Of a DNA stretch of 64,000 bases, positions 51,735-64,000 are shown piece after piece. The stretch is from the human T2T-CHM13v2.0 reference genome, Homo sapiens. Position 1 is the first letter of the stretch; each line of letters begins with the position of its first letter. Below the pieces are notes generated by a model. That model was not told the origin of the DNA. It worked only from the letters and a program-made list of their open reading frames with translations, and did not search any database. A program made the position numbers and the translations under genes. Where the stretch lies: NCBI RefSeq assembly GCF_009914755.1, contig NC_060931.1. The stretch is one strand, 5' to 3'.

Positions 51735-53212
51735 TTAAGCATTCAGCCACCGGCCCGGCCTCGGGCAGATGGCTGTGAGTCAGAAACTGTGAGGAAGTGG
51801 GTGCCCCTCACAAGCCACTCTCAGCTGGCCCCACTCAACACCAGCAGAACAGAGGCCGGCTTCCCGACGGCTGGCAGAGCCCTGGCAGATGGCACGCCCT
51901 GGGGGGCTGTGCAGAGAAGAAGGATCAGTCAGGCCCTCGGGAGGGTGGCGGAGGGGCCCCGTTCAGCTCCTGTGTGACCTACAGGCCTGTATCCTTGTGG
52001 GTCGGCTGGACCAAGAGTCCATGTCCACAGGCCTCTCAGCAGGCATCCTCGGGGGCTCTGTACCACGTCCATGAGGCCCTGCTGAGTCTTCCCCAGAGGC
52101 AAATAAAGCTGGCCTTGTCTGGAAGGCCCAGCTCCAGAGGGCAGTTATATTGGGATTTGTGCAGTCAGACATGGGGACTCATGGAAGGTTTTGTAGGGAG
52201 AGAGAAACATCACATCCTTAAACTGAAAAGCTGGAGGAGAGGGTCCTGAGAGCCTCCACTGTCCAGGTGTCAACGCAGAGGCCATGGAGGCCCAGAGTAA
52301 GGGCGAAGGGACATTCACAAACTGACAGCCTGGGGGTAGGGAGAGGGGAGGAGGGACGGGGGACAGAGGGAGCTGACCAGCATCAACCACAGTCCAGAGC
52401 CCAAGAGACACAAGGAAGGAATCGGGTTAAGGCTGCTGAGGCCATCGAGAAGAGGCCATGAACGTACCCCACAAAGCCTGGCCTGCAGAGGAGCTCCTGC
52501 CCTGGCTTCAGGGCGCCCTGAGGGAGTCAGTGCCACCCAATGGGAGCCACAGAGTCTATGAGGCAGGAGGGGAGGGGGCCGGTGCCCACCAGGAGGCCCC
52601 GCAGAATCTGACTAGTCACCACGGTTGATTTAATTTGATTTCAGATCATTTTCTAAGAACAGCACACGTGAGGCAAGGGGCCTGGTCAAGAAATGTCACA
52701 TGAAGGGTCTGAGTCCAGACAAAAGGGCCAGCGGATGCTCTCAGGCTGGGGCTGGGAGAAAGGGGGGCTTGGAGGAAGCCCACCACCAGGTGGGCACCCA
52801 CCCGTGCAAACCCGAGCACGCAGGGCCCTCCTGTGTTTGCACCTGCAAAGTGCCCAGCCTCCCCCCTACAGGAACAGCCTCCCCTCCCAGAAAGCTTCTT
52901 CGGCCTGGACAGCCTGAGAAACCCACATGGGAGTCCAGGCCAAGGGCTCTGCGTGGTGGAAGAGGAGCGTCTTACATACGAACACCGTTTTATCTACAGT
53001 CCTTTGTGGAGATAAATCTTTGTAAAAGAGTACTGTTCAATTCCTTGGAAAGATAAATAATTACACTAAATCTAATTGAACATTTTCTTAACGACTCAGG
53101 TCTCAAGAGCAGTCACTGTGCTTGGGCGGCCACTGAGCTGCGTCTTCGCTTTTTAAAGTCAACCAGTGAACAGGGACAGGGGCTGCCTCAGGAGATGTGG
53201 GGGGAGACCCAG

Positions 53213-53315
53213 CGGTGGGAGATGCGGCGGGGGGGAGGCGCGGCGGAGGGGGCGCGGTGTGGGGGGGACACGGCGTGGGGGGCGCGGCGGGGGGGCGCGG
53301 CGGGGGGGCACGGTG
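53213..53315 (+). repeat. G/CpG-rich degenerate minisatellite (gcgcggcgggggg-like units)
   Basis: About 7 units with G5-G7 runs. Confidence 0.85.
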
Positions 53316-54368
53316 AGGTGTTCACTGTTCACTCCGCATTCTCTTGCTCTGCTTGATTTTTTCACCATGTGCATCAGTTACGTTCTCATAATGTTTTTAA
53401 AGAAAAATATAAAGAAAGGATTATTATTTTTAACATATGACATTAACTTGGGAGACTGAGGTGAGGGCAAAGACCATGGGCTTTTTGCCTGGTCTGGCTT
53501 CAATCCTGGTTAGACGGGGTGACACAGCTCTCTGAGCCTCAGTTTCCCCATCCATATGACTGAGCAGAAGAGCCTTCCGGGGCCACTGTGTGGCTGTTTG
53601 CCGGACTTCTTGCTCAGGAGAGGTAAGAGCTTCCCGAAACCAGTCCTGAGCTACCATCTGTCACGCTCTGACCCCTAGAGGGCTCAGCGGCCACAGGGCT
53701 GACGTGGCAGGCCTCCACTGAGTGTTCTGGACCAGGCCCTGAAGGGAGCAGGGAGTCTGGGCCTCCGTGCGCCAGAACGCAACCACACACTGCAGGGTTG
53801 ACCCTCAGTAGGAAGTTCAACAGACTGCACATCTATGCCAAGCTGATGATGCCCGTATGGCACCGCTGTGTCGAGCCCGTCCCCGGAGCAGGGAGGAGAC
53901 CCAAGCGCAGCTTCCCACCAGCACAGCAGGCTCCCAGCTGCTGGCCAGACTCAGACAGGTACCGGAGCAGAGGGCGGCAAGCCACAGCTGTTCCTCAGCA
54001 CACGACATCCATGCACCATATCACCAAGAGCCTGACCGCAGGTGGGTGGGACAAGGGCTTCCTCCAGTTGATCCCTCTCCCCTCCCTGGGTCAGGCAGCC
54101 CCTTTCTCCTCTGCAGAAGGCTCCAGAGCCGCCCCTGCACCATCAGCCTAGGTCGGAGCAGTCAGCAATCGGGGAAGGCGGGGGCAGGGAACACAGGTAA
54201 GACTGCCAGAGCCAGGGGGCCAAGGCCAGGCAGCGCCGCTGAGGAAGGAGGAAGGCATGGCTGGGGGCCTCGGGATGAGTGTGGAGTGGGAGCACCAGGC
54301 CGCACAGCTGTAGTGACATAGGATGTGGCAGGCACAGTGCCAGGCACCCAGCAGACACTCAGCAGGAA

Positions 54369-54410
54369 GGGACCAGGGGTGCAGGGACCAGGGGTGCAGG
54401 GCCCGGGGGT
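54369..54410. repeat. 15-bp tandem repeat, ~3 copies
   Basis: gggaccaggggtgca repeated. Confidence 0.75.
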
Positions 54411-57400
54411 GAAGAAGGCCCTGCTCTTGGACACAGGCCTGCAGGTAGGGTGGAGGGCACCCTCAAGAATAGAAGACAGGGTCCCCTTTCCCAGCGACTT
54501 GGATGCCCCCAGAGGGAGAAGGTGGCCAGCTGGGGGAAGGCGCAGGAGGGCTGGCTCCCAAGGACACCACTGCTCCCTGCGCCCCGCTCCTGGGCTCTGC
54601 CTCTCCCACGCCTTCTGTCCCTCACTGAAGCCCCAAACCTTCTCTGAGTCCCAATGTCATCGCCGCCCCCCAATTTTCTCCCTCTCCTCTCTCCTCTGGG
54701 GGACTTAAGGAATGTATGCTTAAGTCTCCCACCCCAGTTATTTGCCCGCTTTACCCACCACTTCCCCTAAAGAGCACCCTGAAAGGTGCTCCTCCCCATA
54801 ATGGCTGTCCACCCGCACCCATCCTGCCATCTCCCCGGGGAACTTGGGCTGGCAGCTGCAGATCCACCTCTGTCTCCTCCCCTTCCTGGTGGTTCTGCCA
54901 CTTGCCAGACGGCAATCTGTCACGGGAAGCCCCCTTGGAAGTGTCAGCCCTCTTGAGAAGTGGCCACAAACATGTTTAGCATGAGCCATGCAGGCCATGG
55001 CTGGGGGCCCAACATCTCTGACTTCTCCAAGAGCAAAGAAGCCAGCACCATCACCATACTCCCTTGCGACTCAGTGCTTGCCCGCCAGTGTTTATAAACA
55101 TTGAGAGACAACACCGACAAAGAGCCTGGATCTGTATCATAAGCCTGTCCCTGCTGCCAAGGGCAAACTCCTATGCGTCCTTCAAGATCCAATGCAAACA
55201 GCTCCCCGCTTTCCCAGCTCACACAGAAAGTCAGCTTGGTCTTTAGATATTGCACCTCCCACGTTCCTTAGGTTAGTTTACTTAATTATCTACCTGTTCA
55301 CTTTTGCCACTCCCCCTTCCAATGGCTCTCTATGGGCAGAGTGCCCTATACTCTGGACCTAGGTATCAGGCACAGTGCCTGGGCTGTGATATAGGAGCCA
55401 GAACTGACCTACAAGCAACACAGTGGGCTGTGGAGCATGGAGTTGCTGGGCCTCAGGGCTTGTCCAGCCCAGCAGTACAGGAAGAGCGGCCCCTAGAGTG
55501 TCCCAGCAGGAGGGGAGACCCACCAAGGCTTCCAGGGCCTGTGGGTAGATGGGTCTGTGCTACACTGAGGCCACAAGGCCCTGGTCAGAGCCAGGGGGTA
55601 CCCCAAGTAAATAAGGCCTGGGGCTTAGGCTCCCCGCCTCTCCACCAGCGCACAGAGGCTCGAAGCCCGGTCTTCTTATCTGGAAGCACGGGCGGGCCTA
55701 GCAGGCGGCAGCATGGTCCTTGGGCTCAGCAAAGAATGCCTTGGATGACACTGCAGGTGCATAGGCTGATCACACGCCTGCCTCTAGGGTGTGGACCATC
55801 CCAGGCAGCTGTAAGGGCACAGCGGGTTGGGGCAAAGGCAGGAAAAAGCCGGAAGAGGTGCTCCTACGGGATCCCAGGTCGCTGTTCCTGTGGGCTGCGA
55901 ATTGCATCTAGACATCAAGGTTGCCCGCATGATGGCCTGCATGGGACGAATGCTACTGAGCCAGGCTGAAAGCGATTTTGAATAACCTGTTCAGATCATG
56001 AGGCCCCCGGGCACCAAGCATATTATGGGGCTTTTAAAATCAAATAAAGCTAATTAAAACAAGAAAATACTCTTTGAGTCCTTGCTTTGTGGAAGGCTCT
56101 GAACCCTGTCTCATTTACAGTGGGATCAACAGTACCAGGGAAACCTGTCCTGAGAGAGAAGGGGAAGAATTAGTTCTGGGTGGGAATGGAGGCCCGGAAC
56201 TACATGGCCTGTTTCTACGACTGCACCTGCTCGGGCACCTCCTTCATTGCAGGGGGGCTCAGGCTTCTCGCGCGATAATGGGGTGAAGGCCACCTGCGAG
56301 GAGAGGTGCTGAGTGTACCTCCCCTGACTGCAGCCACCCAGGGCAGTCGGTGTTTCACAGGCATCCTGTGGGCTCTCGGGGCTTCACAGGCAGAGGCAGC
56401 AGGAAGCGTCATTGTCTGCAGGATGCCCCATCCGCCTCTGTCTCCTCCTCGCATCCAGTCTATGGCTCCTCTGGCTCCACAACAGACTGCTGGTGCAGGC
56501 CCAGGCTTTCCCAGCTCTGAGCTGCCCCCCCAACCCTCGTGCCTGCCTCTTCCCTCCAGTCCCCACTTGCAACCGGCCACCAGTTGCTGACTATCCGTGG
56601 CTCCCACCAACCCCCACGGAGCTCCCCACCGCAGGTGGCTCTGTGGCCTGCCCCACTCTCCACTAAGTCATGCTGGTCGCACTGCGGCCCTCGCCAGCTG
56701 CCCGCACCTCTCCCCGGAGAGCTGGGAGGAGGTGTGTCCCTGAGCAGCATGGCTGGAGTTTGTGGGAGGGCCCAGAGAGCAGGAAGGAAATTTCGCCTTG
56801 CCCCCAGCAGGACCACACAACAGCCCCTCTAGGGCCCTCTCATGCCTCACCTTCACTGGTGAAGACTGGGGGTTACCAAGATTACCGGCTCTTGGGGTGC
56901 CAGTTAAGACACTTGGTAACGACACCAGGGAGGGAAGGTCGGACCCTGCGTCCCCACAGCCTATCCCGTGTGGTCACGCAGACCTTGCTCAGGTGCCCTC
57001 CCCAGCCACCTCACAAGGGCTGGTGACTTCCATCAGTAAGGGGGCAGTGATTGTCCCCCTACACAGAATGAGGTGACACAGGTACCAGCCACAACACAGT
57101 ATCCGGCATCCAGAAAGAGCCGGCAGTGTGATTCTGCTCCCAGGACAGCATAGGCAGGGACCCAGGCGCCTGGAGTGATCGTGCATGTGATCCCCATGAC
57201 AGGCTGCTGAGCTCCCGCAGGGCAGCGCTGGGCCACGCAGGATCAAAGCGGCCTCTGAGTCGGCCCACTCAACGCTTGGATTCCGTTCCCTTAGTGGAAA
57301 TTTCAGAGGCAGCAGCTTCTCTCCCTGTTCCTCTCTCTGCCTCCCGCAGCCCATGTCCACACCATCCAGTTTCCTCCCCAAGTGCTGGGGCCTGTGCCAC

Positions 57401-58619
57401 CCCAGCCAGGGCTGCCTGCATCAGTCCTGAGCCTCACCGGTCGGTTGCAGTTCACAGGCATGCGCACACACACATGTGCACTCTCCTCACTCAGATGTTG
57501 CAGAATAGGCTGGAAACGCCCCCTCAGATTCCCAACAACAGTGACAGCCAAGGGCCATGGGACCCCTTCAATCCACAGCAAGGCCACACGCAATTCCAGG
57601 AAGTTCTTAAATTTTAGAATTTTAGAAAGAAGCTGAGGAGCCCTGAGTAAAAGCAAAAGATCCAAGCCTGGCTGACCTGTTTTGTAAATCGAAATTTCCC
57701 ATCCAGTTTTTGCGTCTGACGCTCCCCACGCGGGCCAGGCGCTGTCTCCCTAGTAGCAAGCACAGCCCCCTCCCCGCTCAGGTCCTCCAGAGCAGGTCCT
57801 TCTGGAAGAGTCTGGGCCGGCCACAGAAGCACTCTCAGGCCGACAGCTTTATTTCCTGCTGTAAATTAATAAAGGGTTGTTCTGAAACCAGCCTCAGGCC
57901 ACCTACGTCCTTTCTTGCCTGGCTGGCCCCAGGTGGGCTCCATGAGGAGGCCTGGGCTAGGGGCTGGGGACACCCCAGCAGGCACAAGTCCGCTGACCTC
58001 ATGCGGACCTTTGTGTTTTTCTTGTGTGGGTGAAACTAAACCAAATTGGTATTTATTTGTGTGTTGGCTTAAAAACACAGTTCCCAACTTTGATTAAAAT
58101 GAGCTCTTGGGAGTGCCAGAGGGGGAGGTCTTTTATATTCTAATCTTGACCTAAGCAATTTGGTGGAAACAGTAACTTTTATATGAACAGAGTGCTGAGG
58201 TTGTTGTGGGTTTTTTCTTTTGTGTATTTTTCTGCTTATGATAATACAAAAACAAAACTCACGTTCACAGTAGATGGAATGTATGTTTGTATTATTGTTA
58301 CGTTTACAATGTTTGCTATGGAGTAAACAAGAGGGTCTACAGAATGCGTTGACGTTGCCTCCATAACCCACAACACGGTCAGTAGGGCCCATTGATGTTT
58401 GGATGTGTGCAAGTGTGCAGCTCTGCACCATGAGGAGGTGTCTTCTTACACAATTAGGGGGCTCTTGTTGCCACTTTCCACTTTCTCCTCTCACTATGTC
58501 CCCCGCGCTGTTAATGAAGCCTCAACAGTGTGATCTGACAGTTGCATACTTCTTTGCTCATGGATACTGTCCTGTGGATGCCTGCTTGGTATTTACTCCT
58601 CCCCAGCCTCTCTGGCCCT

Positions 58620-58673
58620 GGGGTTCCGCCAAGTGGGGAGAGTGTTGGGGTTCCGCCAAGGGGGGAGAGTGTT
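58620..58673. repeat. 27-bp tandem duplication
   Basis: ggggttccgccaagtggggagagtgtt twice, 1 mismatch. Confidence 0.85.
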
Positions 58674-59389
58674 TGGGCTCCTGAGGAGTTTCGGACAAGC
58701 AGGTGCCCCGCCAGGCAGGAGCTGGAGTCCCCAGGCCCAGAGTAACATCCCACAGGGAGGCGGGTGGCCATCCTACCGCCCCACTGGCAAGACGTCCCCC
58801 AGGTAGGTGCAAGCCGAGCTCCCAGGGCTGTGTCGTCCACTCCTGCCCAGGGCCCAGGCATCCTGGGTTCTAAAAACTAGGTCTGAGGTGACCCTACTGG
58901 AGACAAGCAGCTGGACACACTCACTTCTCCTCGTGAGCACCCAAACTCGGCCACAGCCTGGGCCGGCATCCAAGCATGTGCCTTATCAGCACGGGAGTTC
59001 CTGTTTTGTGTTTGACTTTTGTATTTAACATCACTTCACACACGAACCCCACATTTTGACTGAGATCATATACTCACTTATAGGAAAGAACATTCCCTCA
59101 AGTTGACGCACCACTGATAGCTGGGTGCTTCCTCCATTAGCAAGCGTTTAGGAGGTCTCCAACTTCCCTTCTCGAAAATGGCCTGCCATGACTGTTTCAG
59201 TCATTTCATTGCGTTCACTTCCAAAAGCACAATTCACGTCAGCAGCAATGGAAAACCATTCTTCCAAACTTGGAATCTGGGTGGCTCATACAACCCTAGA
59301 GAGAGTTCCCAAAGCTCTTTCCTGCTTTGGCCCAAGGGCTCCCTAACCTGAGCTTCGGAGCCCAACAAGAGCTAAAGTCTTAACTTATC

Positions 59390-59826
59390 CATGCTTTATG
59401 AGCCTGCTCGGGCTGCTGAAACAAAGTACCACCAACCAAGCGGTTTAAACAACAGATATTTATTTTCTTACAGTTCTGGTGGCCAGAAGGCAGAGATTAG
59501 GGCTGGTTCCTTCCTAGGGCTGGGAGGGAGAATCTGTTCCATACCTCTCTCCTGGATTCCGGTGCTGCCTGCAATCCTTGGTGCTAGTTGGCTTCTAGAT
59601 GCATCACCCCAATCTCTGCCTTCACAGTTACATGGCATTCTCTCTGCTTGTGTCTCTGTGTCCAAGAACACCCGTTTTACAAGAACGACAGTCATATCTC
59701 CAATATGACCTCATCCTAACTTGACTAATTACATCTGCTACTATCCTGTTTCCAAATACAGTCACATTTTGAGGACTGGGCTTCCACATACATGAATTCT
59801 GGGGGATGCAGTTCAGCCCAGGATGT
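59390..59826 (-). mobile_element. MLT1 (ERVL-MaLR) solo LTR
   Basis: Minus strand begins ctgggctgaactgcatcccccagaattcatgtatg...aatgtgactgtatttggaaacagg and ends ...ggtactttgtttcagcagccc. Confidence 0.88.
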
Positions 59827-59879
59827 ATGCTGAGTCCAGGTCTGCCTGGTGGAATCTGCCACTGTGTGCAGCTGCAGCA

Positions 59880-60130
59880 GGCAAACACTTCCCAAATCAC
59901 ACTCCTCAAACATAAGCTTCATAGGACGTTAACAGATGATAGGTGCAAAAGGGGTTCTGTGAGAAAAGAAGTTTGGGAACCAGTAGGTTAGACAGTGTTT
60001 CCTTCCTTCCTTTCTTTAACTGCAGGACTTCTCAGGGCCTTGAATGGGATCATCTGTACTGTGAACCTCCAAGAAGGGAGTATGAGGTGCATCCTTTTCT
60101 TAACCTATTTGACCATAGAAATCTTTATTC
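59880..60130. mobile_element. Ancient hAT-Charlie-like DNA transposon fragment, family uncertain
   Basis: ggggttctgtg...aagtttgggaa...ctgcaggacttctcagggcctt...tatttgaccatagaa. Confidence 0.45.
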
Positions 60131-60918
60131 AAAAAGGCTCTGGAGGGCCAGGAGTGTAAGGAGAAGGGACTTCTATTCTTAGGACTCAACACTGGCCCCT
60201 TTCTGAAACCCTGTGTGATCCACTGAAGCCACAAGAGATGCTTCTGATGAAATGAACACATTAACAAAGAAACACTTGGCAAGAGCCAGGCAGAAACCTC
60301 TCCTGTCCATCCACCTGATGTCCACAAGCTCATCCAAGGATACACCCAAACTTGACGGCTCCAGCCCACAGCAGCAGCCACTGCCCTGGGGTCTTTGTGG
60401 GTGCATCTCAGAACGAGAAAACCCAGCAGAGCACCCTCTGCTTTCTGCCCCTCTCAGCAGAGTGGTGTGGCTGCCCCCTTTGGTCTCCTGGGGACCACGT
60501 GCCCCTCCCATCAGAGCCCCTCTCCCAGGGGCAGCGCCCTTCCCACCCACCTGTGCAGGAAGCCACTCGCTTCAGTGCATCAAAGTCTCAAACCTGCCAG
60601 GTCCCCAGTCACCGTTCTGCTAAATTTCCTCCCAGATACTGAGCGCCGGCTCATCCTCTGGTCAAGCCAGGAAAGTATATTCAGAGATACCATTTTCTTC
60701 ACATTTTTGACAATGCTATGAGCAGAGCACAGGCCATTTCTTAACCAAATAAGCTCATGACAAATTCCCCCATATGCCCTGGTGAGGTTCACAGGTGAAT
60801 GGTGATGCATGGGAGCGCTTCCACATTTTCACATGGGTTAACGTGGTCGTCGTCACTTCTAGACAGCCAGATCGAGTTTGTACAGGTTTTCCTCCCATAT
60901 GTTGACAATCCTGTATAG

Positions 60919-61259
60919 CAGTGGTCCCCAGCCTTTTTGGCACCAGGGACTGGTTTTATGGAAGGCAATTTTTCCACAGACTGGGGCAAGGGCTAGGGGA
61001 AAATAGTTTGAACAGAATGAAACTGTTTCACCTAAGATTATCAGGCATTAGTTAGATTATCTTAAGGAGCGCGCAACCTAGATCCCTCGCTTGCACAGTT
61101 CACAATAGGGTTCGTGCTCCTATGAGAATCTGACACCTCCGCTGATCTGACAGGAGGCGGAGCTCAGGCTGTAATGCTGGCTTGCCCATGGCTCGTCTCC
61201 TGCTGTGTAGCCCAGTTCCTAATAGTACTGGTCCGTGGCCTGAGGGTTGAGGAACCCAG
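60919..61259. mobile_element. MER1B-like hAT-Charlie MITE
   Basis: cagtggtccccagcctttttggcaccagggac...ggttgaggaacccag with a perfect 8-bp TSD ctgtatag at 60911-60918 and 61260-61267. Confidence 0.92.
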
Positions 61260-62664
61260 CTGTATAGGATAGGAGAACAGTGTGATTTTTGACATGTTTC
61301 TGTGACACCGTGTTCAATTTCAGCCTCAGGGACCTCACATCTCACACTGCCCAGACCCACTGCCAGGAACTGCTACAGCCGGGACCCTCTGGGTCATGCC
61401 GGAGAGCTCAAGGCAAGAATGCCAACGGCAGCAAGGCAGTGGGCAGCAATCTGAGGTCGGGTGGGGTCCGACTGGCTCCCAAGGCACCACACATCCCCAG
61501 GAAAGCTACTTCTCCCTCTTCCCGCCCAGCATCCCACACACCTGGCTGACCCCCCTCCAAGGAAGGAAAACCCCAGTCTCTGCCTCTCTTCTTGGGTCCT
61601 CCCTGCCCTCGCCAAAGTCCCCAACCCCAAGGGACCACATCAGATGCCCCTGTCTGTGTATCACAGGACCAACGGAAGGGGTGCAACAGGAGGCAGGACA
61701 AGGACACAGGCATCCTGGGATGCATGCTGCTGATGGGTGGCCTCAGAGGTGGCACACACAGGTAGCAAAAGGGCTACGGAACAGACAGTTGGTCCCCAGG
61801 CACTGATTGCTCCCTCTCTGTCCCAGCGACCAGCCCAGAACAGGCATGCAGAAGGCACTGGGCAGTGCTTGCCCAGGGATGGTGGGAGTGCTGGGGCTTG
61901 GCTGCATGTGCCCTGTGATTGATTGGCAATGTCTGCACTGAGCACCAGAAGGAGACTGCAGATGCTTATTATGAGATCTCTATTTGTGATTTAGAAAGAT
62001 CTATGAGTCAACAGGCTACCTCCTGGCCCTGGATCAGTCCCTCCTGATTTGTACAAGTCCCATCTCCTGGCCCTCTGCTCCTCATCTCCCCAAAGTGCAC
62101 CCAGGCCAGCACCCTTCACCACTTTGGTGCCCTGGCCATGGCTTGGCCATATATAGGCTGGTGTATGTTTGTATGGCAATTCTATGGGGGTGCTGGCCTC
62201 TCTAAGATCAAACAGAACCCTCCCAGGACACTAAAGCAGTGCACCCACCCCTCCCAACAAAAGGTCAGCTGGGTCCCAGCAAACAGCTGAGTCAGATACA
62301 CATGGGGATTGGCAGATGCTGATGGTGTATCCTTCCCAGCAGGCACTGCACTTTCTGTCCCACCTGGGATGTGGAAAGTCAAGGGAAGACAATCAAGGCC
62401 CACAATTCTGGACTCAGAAAAGCCAAGTAGAGATTAGAAAGATGGGAGGTTTGAATCAGGAAGACCTGGGGTGAATTCTGGACTTATAACTTAGCGCTGG
62501 TCTGCAAAATGGATTTGATGATACATATTACACAGGGTTGATGTGTTAGAATAACAGGTGCCTACCTCAAATCACACTGAAAAATAACTTCTGGGTAGAT
62601 TTTTTAAAAATACCTAAAATGTGAAAAGAAAAACCTACAAAATGTAAAAAGCAAAGCTTAAAAC

Positions 62665-64000
62665 ATTGGTCTAGCATGTGAGAAGCTTGGAAGTCATCAC
62701 TCCTGTCCTTACAGACAAAAAGCTAAACAAACTGAAAATCAACAACTCTTCTTAGATCCATCAGAGAACTGAGGTTGCAGGAAAACTTCTGCCTCCAAAA
62801 TTGGCAGATAGAGAGAATTACAACTTGCCATCACTTCTCAGCCTTTGGTTAAAATCAAGTGTGCAGAATCACAACTTACCAGAGCAGAAACCTCCATGGA
62901 ACCAGTGCTGGGGTAGGGAAACCTAAACTGTAATTGCCGAATTGCCAGATGCTCAGTGTGGACAAGTCTGAGAATTAAGAATTCCAGGGTGCCTAGCCTT
63001 AGCAGCGTGCACCCACACTTTTGTAAGTTCTACCTCCAGGAGCCCTACCAGATTCTCACAGCGAAGACTGGAGGAAAACTCCCCAGGGCTTCTGGCAGGG
63101 GGAGGAGAAAAATATTCATTTTGAAATATGCCACGGCGTTCTGTTCTTCTTAAAACCCTGCCCTCAGGAGAAATTATCTTACTACAGCCCAACCTGCTGG
63201 GGCTTTATCAGAGCCAAACCTACCTTGGGGAAGGAAAATACCCAACTCCAGCCCCCTCCAGCCATCCTGTATGTAGTACATAAGCGGATGGAAGAGAGAG
63301 ACTGAGAAGCACTTGTGAAGGTCACAGCACAGGGGCAGGCACAGGCTCGCTAAAATACTGAGGCCTAATTATAGGAGTACAGAATGCTTCCTCTCCCTCA
63401 ACATCCTGCTGTCACATTACTGAAGGCCAGTTCACCACATCGCTTTTACCCGGTACATCATGTCCAGCTTTCAATAAAAAAACTACAAGGCATATAAAAA
63501 GGCAGAAAAAAATAGTCTGAAGATACAGAGCATGCACCAGAACCAGACTCAGATATGGCATGGCTTTTGGGAACTATCAAACTGGAAATTTAAAACAACT
63601 GTAATTCCCATGCTAAAGGCTCTAATGGGAGAAGTGGACAACATACAAGAACAGGCGGGTGATGTAAGTAAAGAGATGGAAGTTACAATGCTAGAAATCA
63701 AAAATGCTGTAACAGAAATAAAGAATGTCTTTGATGCAGACTAGACACAGCTAAAAAACCAACCAGTGAGTTTGAAAACATATCAATAGGAACTTCTAAA
63801 ACTAAAATGCAAAGACAAAAAAGAATGAAAAAGACAAAACAAAATAATCCAAGAACTATAGAAAAATTACAAAAGATATAAACACATGTAATGGAAATAT
63901 CAGAAGGAGAAGAAAGGGGAAAAGCAGAAGAAATATTTGAAGTAATGTTGACTGAGTCTTTCCAAAATTGAAGCCAGGCACCAAACCACAAATCCAGGAT
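62665..64000 (+). mobile_element. Old L1 (L1M-type) 5'UTR and decayed ORF1, running off the window
   Basis: A-rich; ORF1-like peptide remnant FKTTVIPMLKALMGEVDNIQEQ...MLEIKNAVTEIKNVFD at 63532-63744. Confidence 0.8.
62830..62862 (+). pseudogene. 3'-truncated (tailless) U2 snRNA retropseudogene
   Basis: atcacttctcagcctttggttaaaatcaagtgt vs U2 5' end ATCGCTTCTCGGCCTTTTGGCTAAGATCAAGTGT; 16-bp TSD (14/16 identical) at 62814-62829 and 62865-62880. Confidence 0.88.

Overview
GC-rich primate (human-like) genomic DNA lying entirely inside CAMK2B (CaMKII beta), which is transcribed from the minus strand. I resolved 14 coding exons with canonical GT-AG boundaries (exons 2-15 in the usual numbering, assuming a 65-nt coding exon 1 off-window to the right). 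Spliced in frame they give the kinase domain, the autoregulatory/CaM-binding segment and the start of the variable linker. Exon 1 and the hub exons lie outside the window. The introns contain Alus, MIRs, an MLT1 LTR, MER1B, MER53, old L1 pieces, a 3'-truncated U2 retropseudogene, a 34-bp CAC/CAT VNTR and several CA/TG-rich tracts. Almost all other ORFs in the track are GC-rich or repeat noise. The most interesting signals concern splicing control: (i) a 25-nt frameshifting cryptic exon in front of a UG/UGCAUG tract, resembling TDP-43-repressed exons; (ii) a 29-nt look-alike poison micro-exon in intron 2; (iii) a composite AG|GT / short terminal-exon element in intron 13; (iv) an in-frame, stop-free intron 14; (v) a distant branch point for exon 13. 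No databases or tools were available, so repeat subfamily names and literature links are from memory.
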